Positions 24,872 to 38,941 are shown, counted from the first letter of the whole stretch. The stretch: DNA of 63,525 nt, filler included, from Octopus bimaculoides (GCF_001194135.2; 4 parts of 4 records of this genome joined end to end with filler, not necessarily neighbours in it); one strand, 5' to 3'. Notes: a model not told the origin generated them from the sequence alone. A program made the numbers and translations.

Positions 24872-24875
<4 letters not shown>
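24336..24875 (+). repeat. About 115-bp diverged direct repeat (24336-24447 and 24757-24875)
   Basis: Both copies run gcactcttctgtagg(t/c)atgcca...gtataactgt...ttactt(t)...attgctataag. Confidence 0.8.
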
Positions 24876-26556
<1,681 letters not shown>

Positions 26557-26697
26557 CTTACCAACTACATGGTTCCGGGTTCAGTCCCACTGCGTGACAC
26601 TTTAGGCAAGTGTCTTCTACTATAGCCTCGGTCCGACCAAAGCCTTGTGAGTGGATTTGGTAGACGGAAACTGAAAGAAGCCCGTTGTATATATGTG

Positions 26698-26732
<35 letters not shown>

Positions 26733-26940
26733 GTGTGTCTGTGTTTGTCCCCCCACCATCGCTTGACAACCGATGCTGGTGTGTTTACGTCCCCATAACT
26801 TAGTGGTTCGGCAAAAAGAGACCGATAGAATAAGTTCTAGGCTTACAAAGAATATGTCCTGGGGTCGATTTTCTCGACTAAAGGCGGTGCTCCAGCATGG
26901 CCGCAGTCAAATGGCTGAAACAAGTAAAAGAGTAAAAGAG
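26557..26940 (+). mobile_element. Family A SINE, 5'-truncated, little diverged
   Basis: Starts at ccaactacatggttccggg; tail ggcggtgctccagcatggccgcagtcaaatggctgaaacaagtaaaagagtaaaagag. Confidence 0.88.
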
Positions 26941-27142
26941 AATATATGTATATCTATCTATCTATCTGTCTCTTTCTCGCCACACACACATGCACACACA
27001 TACTCACACATACACACACATGAACACAAGTGGGGTTCAAAGTTCAAAATCTTGAACTGCATTTGTGTCCTTCTTTATACATACTCTACACTTGGAACCA
27101 TCCCTGGGTTGGATCTACAGTTCATATTGAATTGGGTATCTA

Positions 27143-27193
<51 letters not shown>

Positions 27194-27769
27194 TATCTGT
27201 CTGTGTATATTTGCATATATGGCCAGATATGTCTTTGTTTATATACTCACAGTATACTGCCAATCAATGACAACTGTGAGTTGCTTCAACATGCTGTAAG
27301 GTTAATACTAAACATTCAGCCAATCCTGGCACCGGACATGTTACACCCAGATTCTAATGAATCCTGCAACTGATTTGTATACATCTATATATTAATATTG
27401 TTTTCAGTGTTATGTATATGTATGTGTATATGTGTGTGTACATATATGTATATATGTAATATATATGTCTGTGCACACACACACACATGTATATCTGAGA
27501 AATATCTTATCTATACACACCCTTTTGGGGCATTTTTTTTTTATTACACATAATTGGCAACATTACTGATGAATCATTATTCTCATTCTATGACACATGG
27601 ATCTCTTTTGTGAGAGAACAATTTCTTAATTTTGGAACAATTTCAAAACAAACATTGACTGACAAGAAACAACTTCTGCAATGGGTTTGAGTCATATTTT
27701 GGATGAGGTAGTAAATTCCACAACTGGAAGCTGATATTAGAATTACTGTGTTGAATATGCTATATAACA

Positions 27770-27940
27770 TAGGTCCAGGCGTGGCTGTGTGGTTAAGAAA
27801 TTTGCTTCTCAACCATGTGGTCTTGAGTTCAGTCCCACTGTGCAACACCTTGGGCAAGCATCTTCAACTATAGCTTCAGGCCACCGAGAGCCTTGTGAGT
27901 AAATTTGGCTAATGGAAACTAAAAAAGCTCATTGTATATA
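27770..27940 (+). mobile_element. Family A SINE 5' half followed by (TG)n
   Basis: ccaggcgtggctgtgtggttaag...accttgggcaagc. Confidence 0.8.
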
Positions 27941-27945
27941 TTTGT

Positions 27946-27991
<46 letters not shown>

Positions 27992-28079
27992 GTGTGTGTG
28001 TGTGTGTGTGTATGTGTGTGTATAAAGGGTTTTTAACCCAATATTTACATGCTGTTATTTATAGCTCTATCAAAAGCTA

Positions 28080-28820
28080 TAAAATCAGCTGGCAGAACCA
28101 TTTGCAAATTGAGAAAAATGTTTAGCAGCATTTTATCTGTCTCTACATTCTAAGTTCAAATTCTACCAAGGTCAACTTTGCCTTTCATCCTTTAGAGGTT
28201 GATAAAATAAGTATCAGTCAAGTACTGGGGTCAATGTAATCAATTTACTGTTCCCCTTAAAAACTACAGGCCCTGTGCCAAAATTTGAAACTCACCCATG
28301 TCAGTATGGAAGGCAGACGTCAAATGATGATGATGATGATGATGATGAATATTTATAGTTTTATCTAAGACAGTGAGCTGGCTGAATTGTTAACATGCTG
28401 GACAAAATGCCACTGTGCCCTCTGTCTCTATGTTCTGAGTTCAAATTCCACAAAGGTTGACTTTGCCCTTTATCCTCTTGGTGTTCATAAAATAAGTATA
28501 AGTCAAGTATTGGGTCAATGTAATTGACTTTCCCCTTCCCTTAAAAGCTGCTAGCCCTGTGCTAAAATTTGAACCCATTATGCCTGAGTGTGGTCAGCTG
28601 GCAAAGTGGCAGAATTGTTAGCATGCCTGACAAAATGCTGAATGGCATTTTGTCCATCTTTCCATTCTGATGTCAAATTCCACTAAGGTTACCTTTGCCT
28701 TTTATCTTTTCGAGGTCAACGAAATAAGTACCAGTTGAGCATTGGGGGTCACTGTAATCAACTAGCCCATCCCCATCTCCTCAAAATTTCAGACCCTGTG
28801 CCTATAGTACAAAGGATTAT
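28080..28820 (+). mobile_element. Three head-to-tail family B SINE copies with a family C tail stub between copies 1 and 2
   Basis: gctggcagaa...gttcaaattc...ctttgcctttcatcc...ggggtcaatgtaat repeated at about 28085, 28375 and 28600. Confidence 0.8.
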
Positions 28821-29329
28821 TTATATCTTTATGCACTTTGAATTCCACAGTTGAAAAGGAAATATTTATTACAAGTAAATTTAATCTTATTTAGTAACAC
28901 GATTGTTTTCAGATACTACTGAAGTATTAGAAACCAAGTTAGTTGGTATAGTTTTCATAGATTTCCATAGATAAGATTAAAATCTGTATTGAAAACTGAG
29001 TTGAATGTATGTCAAATATAGATTTTTGGAATAAAGTGTCAAAATTCAACCTAATATATATCACACCTTTTGAAGAATTTTGTGATAGAGTTTAAGACCT
29101 GTAACATCTGTAATATTGGTATAAATTAATTGAATTACTTTTAGATGTATAGGTATATAAAAGTAATTATTATGAAAAAAAGTATAAAATGTAAGTTAAT
29201 TTCTTCTGAGTAGGAAAGATTTTTTATGGAAGAAGACTACAACCTATTGAAAGAATCCCCAGTATATTACTAGTATGTATTTGTATCAATACAGAAGAGT
29301 TGAAAAACAAATTCAGTCAGGCACATCTG

Positions 29330-29474
29330 AGGTGAAGGTATGTTTGTTTGGTTAAAAAGTTTGATTTCAGTCCCACTGCATGGCATCTTGGGCAATTGTT
29401 TTCTGTTATAGTCCTGGGCTGACCAATGCTTTTGTGAATGAATTTGGTAGGTGGTAGCTGTGTGGAAAGTCATT

Positions 29475-29548
<74 letters not shown>

Positions 29549-30008
29549 ATGGGTATGTGGGAGTGGTTGTGTGGTAAGAAGTTTACTTCCCAACCACATG
29601 GTTTTGGGTTCAGTCCCACTGTGTGTCACCTCGGGAAAGTGTTTTCTACTGTAGCCTCCGGCTGACTAAAGCCATGNNNNNNNNNNNNNNNNNNNNNNNN
29701 NNNNNNNNNNNNNNNNNNNNNNNNNNNNNNNNNNNNNNNNNNNNNNNNNNNNNNNNNNNNNNNNNNNNNNNNNNNNNNNNNNNNNNNNNNNNNNNNNNNN
29801 NNNNNNNNNNNNNNNNNNNNNNNNNNNNNNNNNNNNNNNNNNNNNNNNNNNNNNNNNNNNNNNNNNNNNNNNNNNNNNNNNNNNNNNNNNNNNNNNNNNN
29901 NNNNNNNNNNNNNNNNNNNNNNNNNNNNNNNNNNNNNNNNNNNNNNNNNNNNNNNNNNNNNNNNNNNNNNNNNNNNNNNNNNNNNNNNNNNNNNNNNNNN
30001 NNNNNNNN

Positions 30009-30050
<42 letters not shown>

Positions 30051-30260
30051 TGGTCTGTATTTGTCCCCATTACTGCTTGACAACCAGTGTAGGTATGTTT
30101 CTGTCCCTGTAACTTAGTGGTTCAGCAAAAAACACCAATAGAATAAATATGAGTCTTAAAAAAAAAAGAAAAATACTGGGGGTTGATTCATTCAACTAAT
30201 ATTATTATTCAAAGCAGTGCCCCAGCATGGCCACAGTCCAACAGCTGAAACACGATAAAA
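29330..30260 (+). mobile_element. Two family A SINE heads plus a 3' half across an N gap
   Basis: Heads at about 29330 and 29558; tail gtgccccagcatggccacagtcc at about 30217. Confidence 0.75.
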
Positions 30261-30909
30261 AAAATAACTGATGTGCCAGTAAATATGACAAAAAAATTAT
30301 AAAATGATTTGAATAAGAAAATTTCTTATCAGAAAGACTACAATCTATTGAATGGATCCCAGTATATAACTAGTACTTATTTTGTCAATACAAAATGGTC
30401 GCAGAACAAAGTAAATCTAATTTCTTTTCACCATAAACCGAAAAAATGATTTATATTTCTGTAGTTTTAATTCCAGTAAAATACCTTCCAAAAGAATGGG
30501 ATTATTATGTCAAGAATGGTTTTCAAATCAGAAACTGTTTGAATTATTGAATATGAAGAAAGTAAAGCTACAAATCTGTAGTATTATCTAAAAAAACAAA
30601 AAAAAAAAAATGTATCACAATAGGTAATATATATTCTTAGTTACTGAAAACTCGATGAAAGAGCAATTACAGAGTAGAATTTTGAAAAATGAATACCAAT
30701 GTTTAGCAGTCTGTGTTGAGTTTGTGAAATGAAATTTGATTGTGCTAAAATTTCATTAGAAGAAAAATGAAATTTATTTTCATTCTCTTAATTTTTTAGG
30801 TAAGTTAAACTTACTATGAGATTATACATACATAAGTGTGTGTGCAGTGTGTATATATATATATANNNNNNNNNNNNNNNNNNNNNNNNNNNNNNNNNNN
30901 NNNNNNNNN

Positions 30910-30921
30910 TTAATTAATTAA
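30910..30921. other. Assembly gap filler TTAATTAATTAA (six-frame stop) in 44N+12+44N block; also 44719-44730 and 58758-58769
   Basis: Identical 12-mer centred in identical 100-bp N blocks three times; palindromic with TAA in all frames. Confidence 0.95.
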
Positions 30922-31061
30922 NNNNNNNNNNNNNNNNNNNNNNNNNNNNNNNNNNNNNNNNNNNNTGTGTGTGTGTGTGTGTGTGTGTGTGTATTATGTG
31001 TGTGTGAGTGCGTGCGTGTGTGAGTGTGTGTTTGTGCGTGCGTTTGCGTGCATGCGTGTGT

Positions 31062-31097
<36 letters not shown>

Positions 31098-32319
31098 AAA
31101 TGTCAACATAAAATAAAATTTGAGTATAACATGCTATTTGTTATAGAGGTGAAAAAATGCCAAACGTTTACGCGAAAATTATGGGTACGGGAAGTTATTT
31201 TGACACCCTTATATTTATAAGTGACAGTCAAACAGTATGGAAGACATATTGCGGCGAAATTTTCAAGGATATGAATTTCATGTGTTTATTTCAAATATTA
31301 TCCTTGCACGAGAATATAACATTTTTTCAAGCGCACAAAGTGGCAAAAATTACATTGGAGTTCTAGGATACAAATGGCATGAAGACATTCTATGAGATAT
31401 GTTTCTATCTTTTAAATTCCAAGTATGCATTGCTAATGAATTATCAAATTTTCTATGAACGTTCCTAAAAGTATAATTATGTTGATTGAATCTGAGATAA
31501 ATGGGTTAGCAGTTAAGCCAATATGTATAATACCATTCAGATGGTGATACGATTTAGCAGTTGCTTGATATCTGTCCGATTTAGCTTGGTAATTTGTCTT
31601 GAACTGGACAAAAATGAAATCTGAGTCAGTTTCAAGTTTAGTTAATGCAGGTTTATAAAAATTAACTTTATCATTTTCTTAGTGTTAATTAAGAACTTTG
31701 TCTTCTTGAAATCCATTACTGTCAAGCAACTTAGTTCAGGTTAATTTAGTGAAATATTTTTCACTTATATAACCGTAAAGGAAATTAATATGTACAATTT
31801 TTAAGAATATTTTATAAACAAGGATGTAACCAAAAATAGAACAAGGATAGGTTTATATCACCCTTATTAACGACCCCCTCTTTATGTATTGGATAGATTT
31901 AATATATGAAATAGTTTCTATCAAAACACTTTGATTGGATTGCTGCTTTATTAAATGAGTCTTCATCGTAACAGATGGTGGGCAGGAGATCTGCTTAAAT
32001 TCTTTAGTAAGTTCGTACAAATACATGGTGGCTGGTAGAATTTTTAGTAGTTTTCTCATGCAACTGCTCAAGGGAATGTTAATAGCTTCGACCGAAGCAG
32101 TTTCAAACAGACTGTAAAGGTTTAGGACCCAGCTCCTTTCTGAAAAAAAAAGAACAAAACCCTCAGAAACCCACAGACGCGTAAATACAGTGAGACACAC
32201 TTATACACACACGTAAACATACATGCTTGTATACAACAACACACACACAAGCATATACATACACCAATATATGAACACGTGATGATAGAGCAGATCTCTA
32301 CCAACACATGTCATACAGC

Positions 32320-32320
32320 A

Positions 32321-32372
<52 letters not shown>

Positions 32373-32800
32373 GTACTGCTGCTGCTGCTGCTGCTGCTAC
32401 TGCGGCTGCTACTGCGGCTGCTTCTGCTACCGCAAGATTAACAAACAAACAAGTAGCATCAACTACCACCATCGCCAGCATCACTGTTGCTGCCAAGACT
32501 ATTACCACTGCCAGCACCAAAACCAAGAGTGTCTCTACCACTCTACCACCACCACCACCACCACCACCAACACCAACGGCACAAAAAGTACCACCACCTG
32601 TATGACGACAACGACGACGAACCCTCATCCTCTAATCATCATTAGTAACATCATAGGCCCCACAGCATCGTCTCCCATCAACCTCTCCACCATCACCACC
32701 ACCACCACCACCATAACCATTGCCTCCACCACCACCACCACCACCAAAAATCCCCCCTGCCACTATCACCATTGCCATCCCCCCCGCCACCATTGCAATN
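32320..32800. repeat. Trinucleotide low-complexity region (ACT/GCT/ACC)n
   Basis: Poly-T/A/P translation comes from triplet runs; no splice-supported context. Confidence 0.75.
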
Positions 32801-33579
32801 NNNNNNNNNNNNNNNNNNNNNNNNNNNNNNNNNNNNNNNNNNNNNNNNNNNNNNNNNNNNNNNNNNNNNNNNNNNNNNNNNNNNNNNNNNNNNNNNNNNN
32901 NNNNNNNNNNNNNNNNNNNNNNNNNNNNNNNNNNNNNNNNNNNNNNNNNNNNNNNNNNNNNNNNNNNNNNNNNNNNNNNNNNNNNNNNNNNNNNNNNNNN
33001 NNNNNNNNNNNNNNNNNNNNNNNNNNNNNNNNNNNNNNNNNNNNNNNNNNNNNNNNNNNNNNNNNNNNNNNNNNNNNNNNNNNNNNNNNNNNNNNNNNNN
33101 NNNNNNNNNNNNNNNNNNNNNNNNNNNNNNNNNNNNNNNNNNNNNNNNNNNNNNNNNNNNNNNNNNNNNNNNNNNNNNNNNNNNNNNNNNNNNNNNNNNN
33201 NNNNNNNNNNNNNNNNNNNNNNNNNNNNNNNNNNNNNNNNNNNNNNNNNNNNNNNNNNNNNNNNNNNNNNNNNNNNNNNNNNNNNNNNNNNNNNNNNNNN
33301 NNNNNNNNNNNNNNNNNNNNNNNNNNNNNNNNNNNNNNNNNNNNNNNNNNNNNNNNNNNNNNNNNNNNNNNNNNNNNNNNNNNNNNNNNNNNNNNNNNNN
33401 NNNNNNNNNNNNNNNNNNNNNNNNNNNNNNNNNNNNNNNNNNNNNNNNNNNNNNNNNNNNNNNNNNNNNNNNNNNNNNNNNNNNNNNNNNNNNNNNNNNN
33501 NNNNNNNNNNNNNNNNNNNNNNNNNNNNNNNNNNNNNNNNNNNNNNNNNNNNNNNNNNNNNNNNNNNNNNNNNNNNNNG

Positions 33580-34342
33580 AGAGAAAGAGGGAGAGAGAGG
33601 GAGAGAGAATGAGAGAGAGAAAGATGGAGAGAGAGAATGAGAGAGCGAGAGGGAGAGAAAAAATGAGAGAGAGAGAGAGGGGGAGAGAGAGAAGGGGGAA
33701 GAGAGACAGAGGGAGAGAGAGTGAGAGAGAGAGAGGGAGGGAGAGAGAGAGAGAATTAGAGAGAGAAAGATGGAGAGAGAAAGATGGAGAGAGAGAAAGA
33801 GGGAGAGAGAGGGAGAGGGAGAGAAAAAATGAGAGAGAGAGAGGGAGGGAGAGAATGAGAGAGCGAGAGGGAGAGGGGGAGAGATAATGGAAGAGAGAGA
33901 GGGAGAAACATAGAGAGAAAGATGGAGAGAGAAAGAGAGAGAGAAAGGGGAGGGTGAGGGGGAAGAGGGTATGGACAAGGAGTGATAGAGGAGAGAGAGA
34001 GAGTAAGAGAAAGAAGAGAGCGAGTAAGGGAAGGAAAAGAGAAAGATTTAGAGAAGGGGAGAGAGAAGAGGAATTACACAAAGGGAGAGCTACATAGATA
34101 AATGGATAGATAGAGAGAGAGAGGGGGGAGAGGAAGAGAGAAAGAGGGAGGGAGAGAGAGAGAGTTGGAGAAGAGGAGAGAGAGAGAAAGGGACAAAAAG
34201 AGAGCTACGTAGATAAATGGATAGATAGAGAGTGAGAGAGAGAGAGAGAGAAAGAGGAAGAGAGAAAGAGGGAGGGAGAATGAGAGAGTTGGAGAAGAGG
34301 AGAGAGAGAGAAGGGGACAAAAGAGAGCTACGTAGATAAATG

Positions 34343-34382
<40 letters not shown>

Positions 34383-34400
34383 AAGAGGGAGAGAAACAGA
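33580..34400. repeat. GA-rich satellite, including an about 120-bp tandem duplication (gagagctac(a/g)tagataaatggatagatag at 34085, 34201, 34323)
   Basis: Direct reading. Confidence 0.85.
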
Positions 34401-35085
34401 TTGAAGGATAGCTATGTATATAATATATAATCTGATAAAAATATTAAAAAATGTATATTTATAGTATATATANNNNNNNNNNNNNNNNNNNNNNNNNNNN
34501 NNNNNNNNNNNNNNNNNNNNNNNNNNNNNNNNNNNNNNNNNNNNNNNNNNNNNNNNNNNNNNNNNNNNNNNNNNNNNNNNNNNNNNNNNNNNNNNNNNNN
34601 NNNNNNNNNNNNNNNNNNNNNNNNNNNNNNNNNNNNNNNNNNNNNNNNNNNNNNNNNNNNNNNNNNNNNNNNNNNNNNNNNNNNNNNNNNNNNNNNNNNN
34701 NNNNNNNNNNNNNNNNNNNNNNNNNNNNNNNNNNNNNNNNNNNNNNNNNNNNNNNNNNNNNNNNNNNNNNNNNNNNNNNNNNNNNNNNNNNNNNNNNNNN
34801 NNNNNNNNNNNNNNNNNNNNNNNNNNNNNNNNNNNNNNNNNNNNNNNNNNNNNNNNNNNNNNNNNNNNNNNNNNNNNNNNNNNNNNNNNNNNNNNNNNNN
34901 NNNNNNNNNNNNNNNNNNNNNNNNNNNNNNNNNNNNNNNNNNNNNNNNNNNNNNNNNNNNNNNNNNNNNNNNNNNNNNNNNNNNNNNNNNNNNNNNNNNN
35001 NNNNNNNNNNNNNNNNNNNNNNNNNNNNNNNNNNNNNNNNNNNNNNNNNNNNNNNNNNATATATATATATATATATATATATATA

Positions 35086-35116
35086 CTAGCTGGTGCACCC
35101 AGTAATTCCCGTGGGT
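35086..35116 (-). mobile_element. Candidate Helitron 3' terminus (imperfect hairpin + CTAG|T)
   Basis: Minus strand reads acccacgggaattactgggt-gcaccag-CTAG|T; ACCCA/TGGGT stem 7 nt upstream of CTAG, inserted in (TA)n. Confidence 0.5.
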
Positions 35117-36489
35117 AAAGATGTTCTATTGAAACGCCTCATTACTCTGATATAAGAAAGCAATTTCGTTATAACTGCCACAAAAGGTGTATTTTCCGTC
35201 ACGAAAAAGTACAAAAAACTGTCAGCTGGAGGAGGGAGAGATTGTTGGCGGTTGGCGAGAGGTATGTATAGAAATGTATGAATGAAATCTTTAAGGTTTA
35301 AGATTTAAATTAAGAAATTTGTATTCTACAGTAGGTGAGATTTAAAGGAAAATAAACAAAGAGATGTTTAAAATATACATTGAATTTTTTCTTAGGTATC
35401 ATTATTATACAGGTATTAATTAGTATATACATTGTTCTACTCACGATAATTTGAATCAAGACTAAAAAATTAAAGGATTTGGCTGTTTAAATATCTAATA
35501 GTTAATTCTTAACTTCCTCACTATGAAAACCAATAAATATCTATTTAAAAAAAGTTCCTAAAGAAAATACTGGTCAAGATCTATGTGTATGTACATTCAG
35601 AATTACCAGATAAGGAGCTATATGTTATTTGAAATTCATATTTAAGAATTTCCTAAACGTCATCTATCACACCTACAATGTTTCTAAGTAAATTGGAAGT
35701 TAGAAATCCCAAGTGAGATCGATTAATAGTTTAAGTAGTTTTTTTATTTAAGCATTTCAGAAAAGTCAATAATCCATAGACAATCTAGGCATTATATGTT
35801 GCAATAATTATCTAAAAACAACTAGATAAATTTAAAAGAAAGAAACTCACGAAATACATAGAAACTGCTGTAAAGATATATTTAAAGGGGACTACTTACG
35901 TGATTGTCGTAAACTGTAATAAAAGCAATATTGAGCTATACTTCGTATTGAAGAAAAGTTTCTTAAAACAATAAAAAAGTTATTTTCTCGATATATTGGT
36001 TTACGGCGAAATTATTATGTTTTTCCTAAAAGGGAAGAGCGAAAAATCTAAGGGATATATACATATACATANNNNNNNNNNNNNNNNNNNNNNNNNNNNN
36101 NNNNNNNNNNNNNNNNNNNNNNNNNNNNNNNNNNNNNNNNNNNNNNNNNNNNNNNNNNNNNNNNNNNNNNNNNNNNNNNNNNNNNNNNNNNNNNNNNNNN
36201 NNNNNNNNNNNNNNNNNNNNNNNNNNNNNNNNNNNNNNNNNNNNNNNNNNNNNNNNNNNNNNNNNNNNNNNNNNNNNNNNNNNNNNNNNNNNNNNNNNNN
36301 NNNNNNNNNNNNNNNNNNNNNNNNNNNNNNNNNNNNNNNNNNNNNNNNNNNNNNNNNNNNNNNNNNNNNNNNNNNNNNNNNNNNNNNNNNNNNNNNNNNN
36401 NNNNNNNNNNNNNNNNNNNNNNNNNNNNNNNNNNNNNNNNNNNNNNNNNNNNNNNNNNNNNNNNCGTAGTCAAAATGAGAAACGAGAAC

Positions 36490-36625
36490 ATAAAAAACAA
36501 AAACATAGAAAACGAATTTTTTCGAACAACGAAAGAAACAGACCAACAGAGAAACGAGACAGGCAACATAAAGAACATTCCCTTCATCAGTTGTCCCCTG
36601 TTTTATCTACTCCGCGTTTCAAAGG
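36490..36625. repeat. Dispersed about 130-bp repeat, second copy at 40400-40530
   Basis: Shared ...aacgaaagaaa...gagac(a/t)ggcaacata...catcagttgtcccctgttttatct...ccgcgtttc. Confidence 0.8.
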
Positions 36626-37099
36626 TAGGGACAAGATGCGACTTCGTTATAACAGTCCTTCCCGCAAAGCAAATTAGATATATTTTTTTTTTTGCGGAGG
36701 GTGAAAGTGGTAACAAAAACAGGACAGTGAGAACAAAACAGTAAAAACAAACGGTGAGGATCGTTAAGCCAAGACGATGTGAAGTGGTGAACGCTGGAAA
36801 AACGATCTTTGAGAAGAGATAGGTAAAAGCACGTCTTGTCTTTAAGAAGGAAGTGGAAGAAAGAAAGATGGATGGTCGTTGGTCACGTGTGAGCAACGAG
36901 AGAGTCAAGGAGGAAGAGTGAGAAAGAGAGAGAGGGAAGAGTGAAGGGAAGAGGAGAAGAATAGGGAAATGTTGGGAGAGAAAAAAGGGAAAGGAAGAAG
37001 AACAAGAGAGGGAGATAGATAGAAAGAATTGAGATAGCATAAGAGTGCGCATCGTAATTATTAAGATAAAACTTCCTGTCAATGCTGTTGTTGATTGCA

Positions 37100-37315
37100 A
37101 GGCGGTGAGCTGGCAGAAACGTTAGCACGCCGGGCGAAATGCTTAGCGGTATTTCGTCTGTCTTTACGTTCTGAGTTCAAATTACGCAGAGGTCGACTTT
37201 GCCTTTCATCCTTTCGGGGTCGATGAATTAAGTACCAGTTGCGTACTGGGGTCAATCTTATCGACTGGCCCCCTCCGCAAAAATTTCGGATCTTGTGCCC
37301 AGAGTAGAAAGGACT
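37100..37315 (+). mobile_element. Family B SINE, near-intact young copy
   Basis: ggtgagctggcagaaacgttagcacgccgggcgaaatgcttagc...gagttcaaatt...ggtcgactttgcctttcatcctttcggggtcgat...cttgtgcccagagtagaaagg. Confidence 0.9.
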
Positions 37316-37329
37316 GCTGTTGTTGCCTT

Positions 37330-37555
37330 CTAGCTTACGGAATATTAACCATGCGTTGCTTTTTTGCTAGTTCGATGTCTGCTTTTCCTCCAAGCTTCTG
37401 CTCAGGTGGGCGATTCCAGCCTCCTTTGGATCGCATGAGACAGCTGTATTCTGAGAGTACCTGGGCAGTAGCTCTTCTCCAACTCTGAAGATATTGCTGC
37501 TGTCATTTTTGTAAATGCATGGAATGTACTCATTTCTTTCTTTACTATTCAATAG
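37330..37555 (-). mobile_element. Possible decayed LINE ORF2 inter-domain fragment
   Basis: Minus frames give ERNEYIPC and SKKSNAWLIFRKL, resembling the RKxYIPCW ... HSSRKAWxxLRKL motifs between EN and RT of some non-LTR elements. Confidence 0.3.
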
Positions 37556-37796
37556 GTGTTGTCTGAGTGATACAATGCGACATTCAAAAGTTGTTTAGGT
37601 TGACCTTATGCCTCTACTACCATCACCTCGTTTCATATAAACCATATCTGTCTCACTGCTGATGTGGACGTTGTTAGTGATGGTCACCTTATGTATGTAT
37701 GTATGTATGTATGTATGTATTAATACATATTTAGATATGCGTAACGTATAAATGTGTGTATATGCATATATATATATATATATATAGTATACATAC

Positions 37797-37853
<57 letters not shown>

Positions 37854-37879
37854 NNNNNNNNNNTATTAATATTTTCTAA

Positions 37880-37910
<31 letters not shown>

Positions 37911-37989
37911 GGAAACATAGATATGGAGCTATGTTGATATCTATGTTTATAAACTAAGAGAAGAAATCGGTCGATTACACTCATGTGCC

Positions 37990-38200
37990 TCCGCTCATAT
38001 GCCTTATCTTGTACTTGTTCCAGTCATTGGTCTGCGGCCATGCTGGGGTTCCACGTTGATGGGTTTTAGTCGAACGAATCGACCCGAGTCCTTATATTTT
38101 TAAGACTGCTGCTAATTCTGCCGTCTCTTTTGACGTACCGCTAAGTTAGGGGGACGTGAATTCTCCAATACTGGTTGTGAAGCGGTGGTTAGACATACAC
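37990..38200 (-). mobile_element. Family A SINE 3' half
   Basis: cagtcattggtctgcggccatgctgggg...gctaagttaggggacgtg. Confidence 0.75.
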
Positions 38201-38372
38201 ACACGCGCACGCGCATACACACACGCGCACACACACACACACACAGACAGACATACACACACAGAGACAGACACACAGACACACACATGTGGGTAGTTAT
38301 ATGCATATGTATATAATCATGAGGTCGTGTATGGATGTGTACTGTGTGTCTACGTGTGTCTCTGTGTGCGTG

Positions 38373-38408
<36 letters not shown>

Positions 38409-38727
38409 AGTGTATGTTAATGTGTCATGAGGGAATTGTTGTTTTGATTCTGTGTCAGTATGTTTGTCTGTATTTTTGTGTGTGTGTATGTGAACGCTGG
38501 CACCAGTGTGTATAGTATCTGTGCGTGTGTATGGCTGTATATGTGTATATATATGTGTGTGTGTGTGTGTTTCAGCTTTAGTTTTAGAGCGCTGGTATGT
38601 TTGTCAGCATCACTGTGTATGTGTGCGTGCGTGTGTGTGCGTGCGTGTGTGTATGTGTGTGTGTGCGTGCAAATGCGTGCATATGCGTGCATATGTGTGT
38701 GCATGTGCGTGTGTGTGTCTACGGTAG

Positions 38728-38792
38728 GAGAAGTGAGAGGAATAACGTGGACTATTATTGTGACAATCCTGTCAACACCTGCTCTGGCTTAT
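38728..38792 (+). CDS. Candidate exon of unknown membrane protein (xEVRGITWTIIVTILSTPALAY)
   Basis: Strong donor TAT|GTAAGT; weak acceptor inside a (TG)n tract; hydrophobic translation; phase 0 into the next exon. Confidence 0.4.
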
Positions 38793-38900
38793 GTAAGTCC
38801 ACTCGCTCTACTCCTCTCGCTCTCTTACTCCCTCCTTCTCTCCCTTCCCTCACTCCGTCCCTCTTTCCACCCCCTCTCTCTCTCTCCCTTTATATCACAG

Positions 38901-38941
38901 GTTCTGTCCATCTGCGGATGTTCCAGAACGCACGAGCGTCT
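38901..38941 (+). CDS. Candidate exon of unknown protein (VLSICGCSRTHER)
   Basis: Long pyrimidine tract ending tatatcacAG|, donor TCT|GTGAGT; 108-nt intron from the previous exon keeps frame. Confidence 0.45.

Noticed and set aside
29232-30396. About 65-bp direct repeats flanking the SINE cluster, considered as a long TSD
   Set aside because: Both look like decayed family B fragments rather than a target-site duplication.
30866-30965. TTAATTAATTAA palindrome occurring three times
   Set aside because: Always centred in identical 44N+12+44N blocks; an artificial six-frame-stop gap filler, not biology.
31853-32200. 115-aa minus ORF with acceptor near 32140
   Set aside because: No recognisable domain or partner exon; cannot be supported.
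32279-32628. Mucin-like T/A/P-rich ORF
   Set aside because: Built from triplet microsatellite runs; no signal peptide or supporting splice context.
32602-34081. Long ORFs (300-460 aa) spanning N runs, and similar ones across the window
   Set aside because: Length comes from X residues over gaps and from GA/TA/CA microsatellites.
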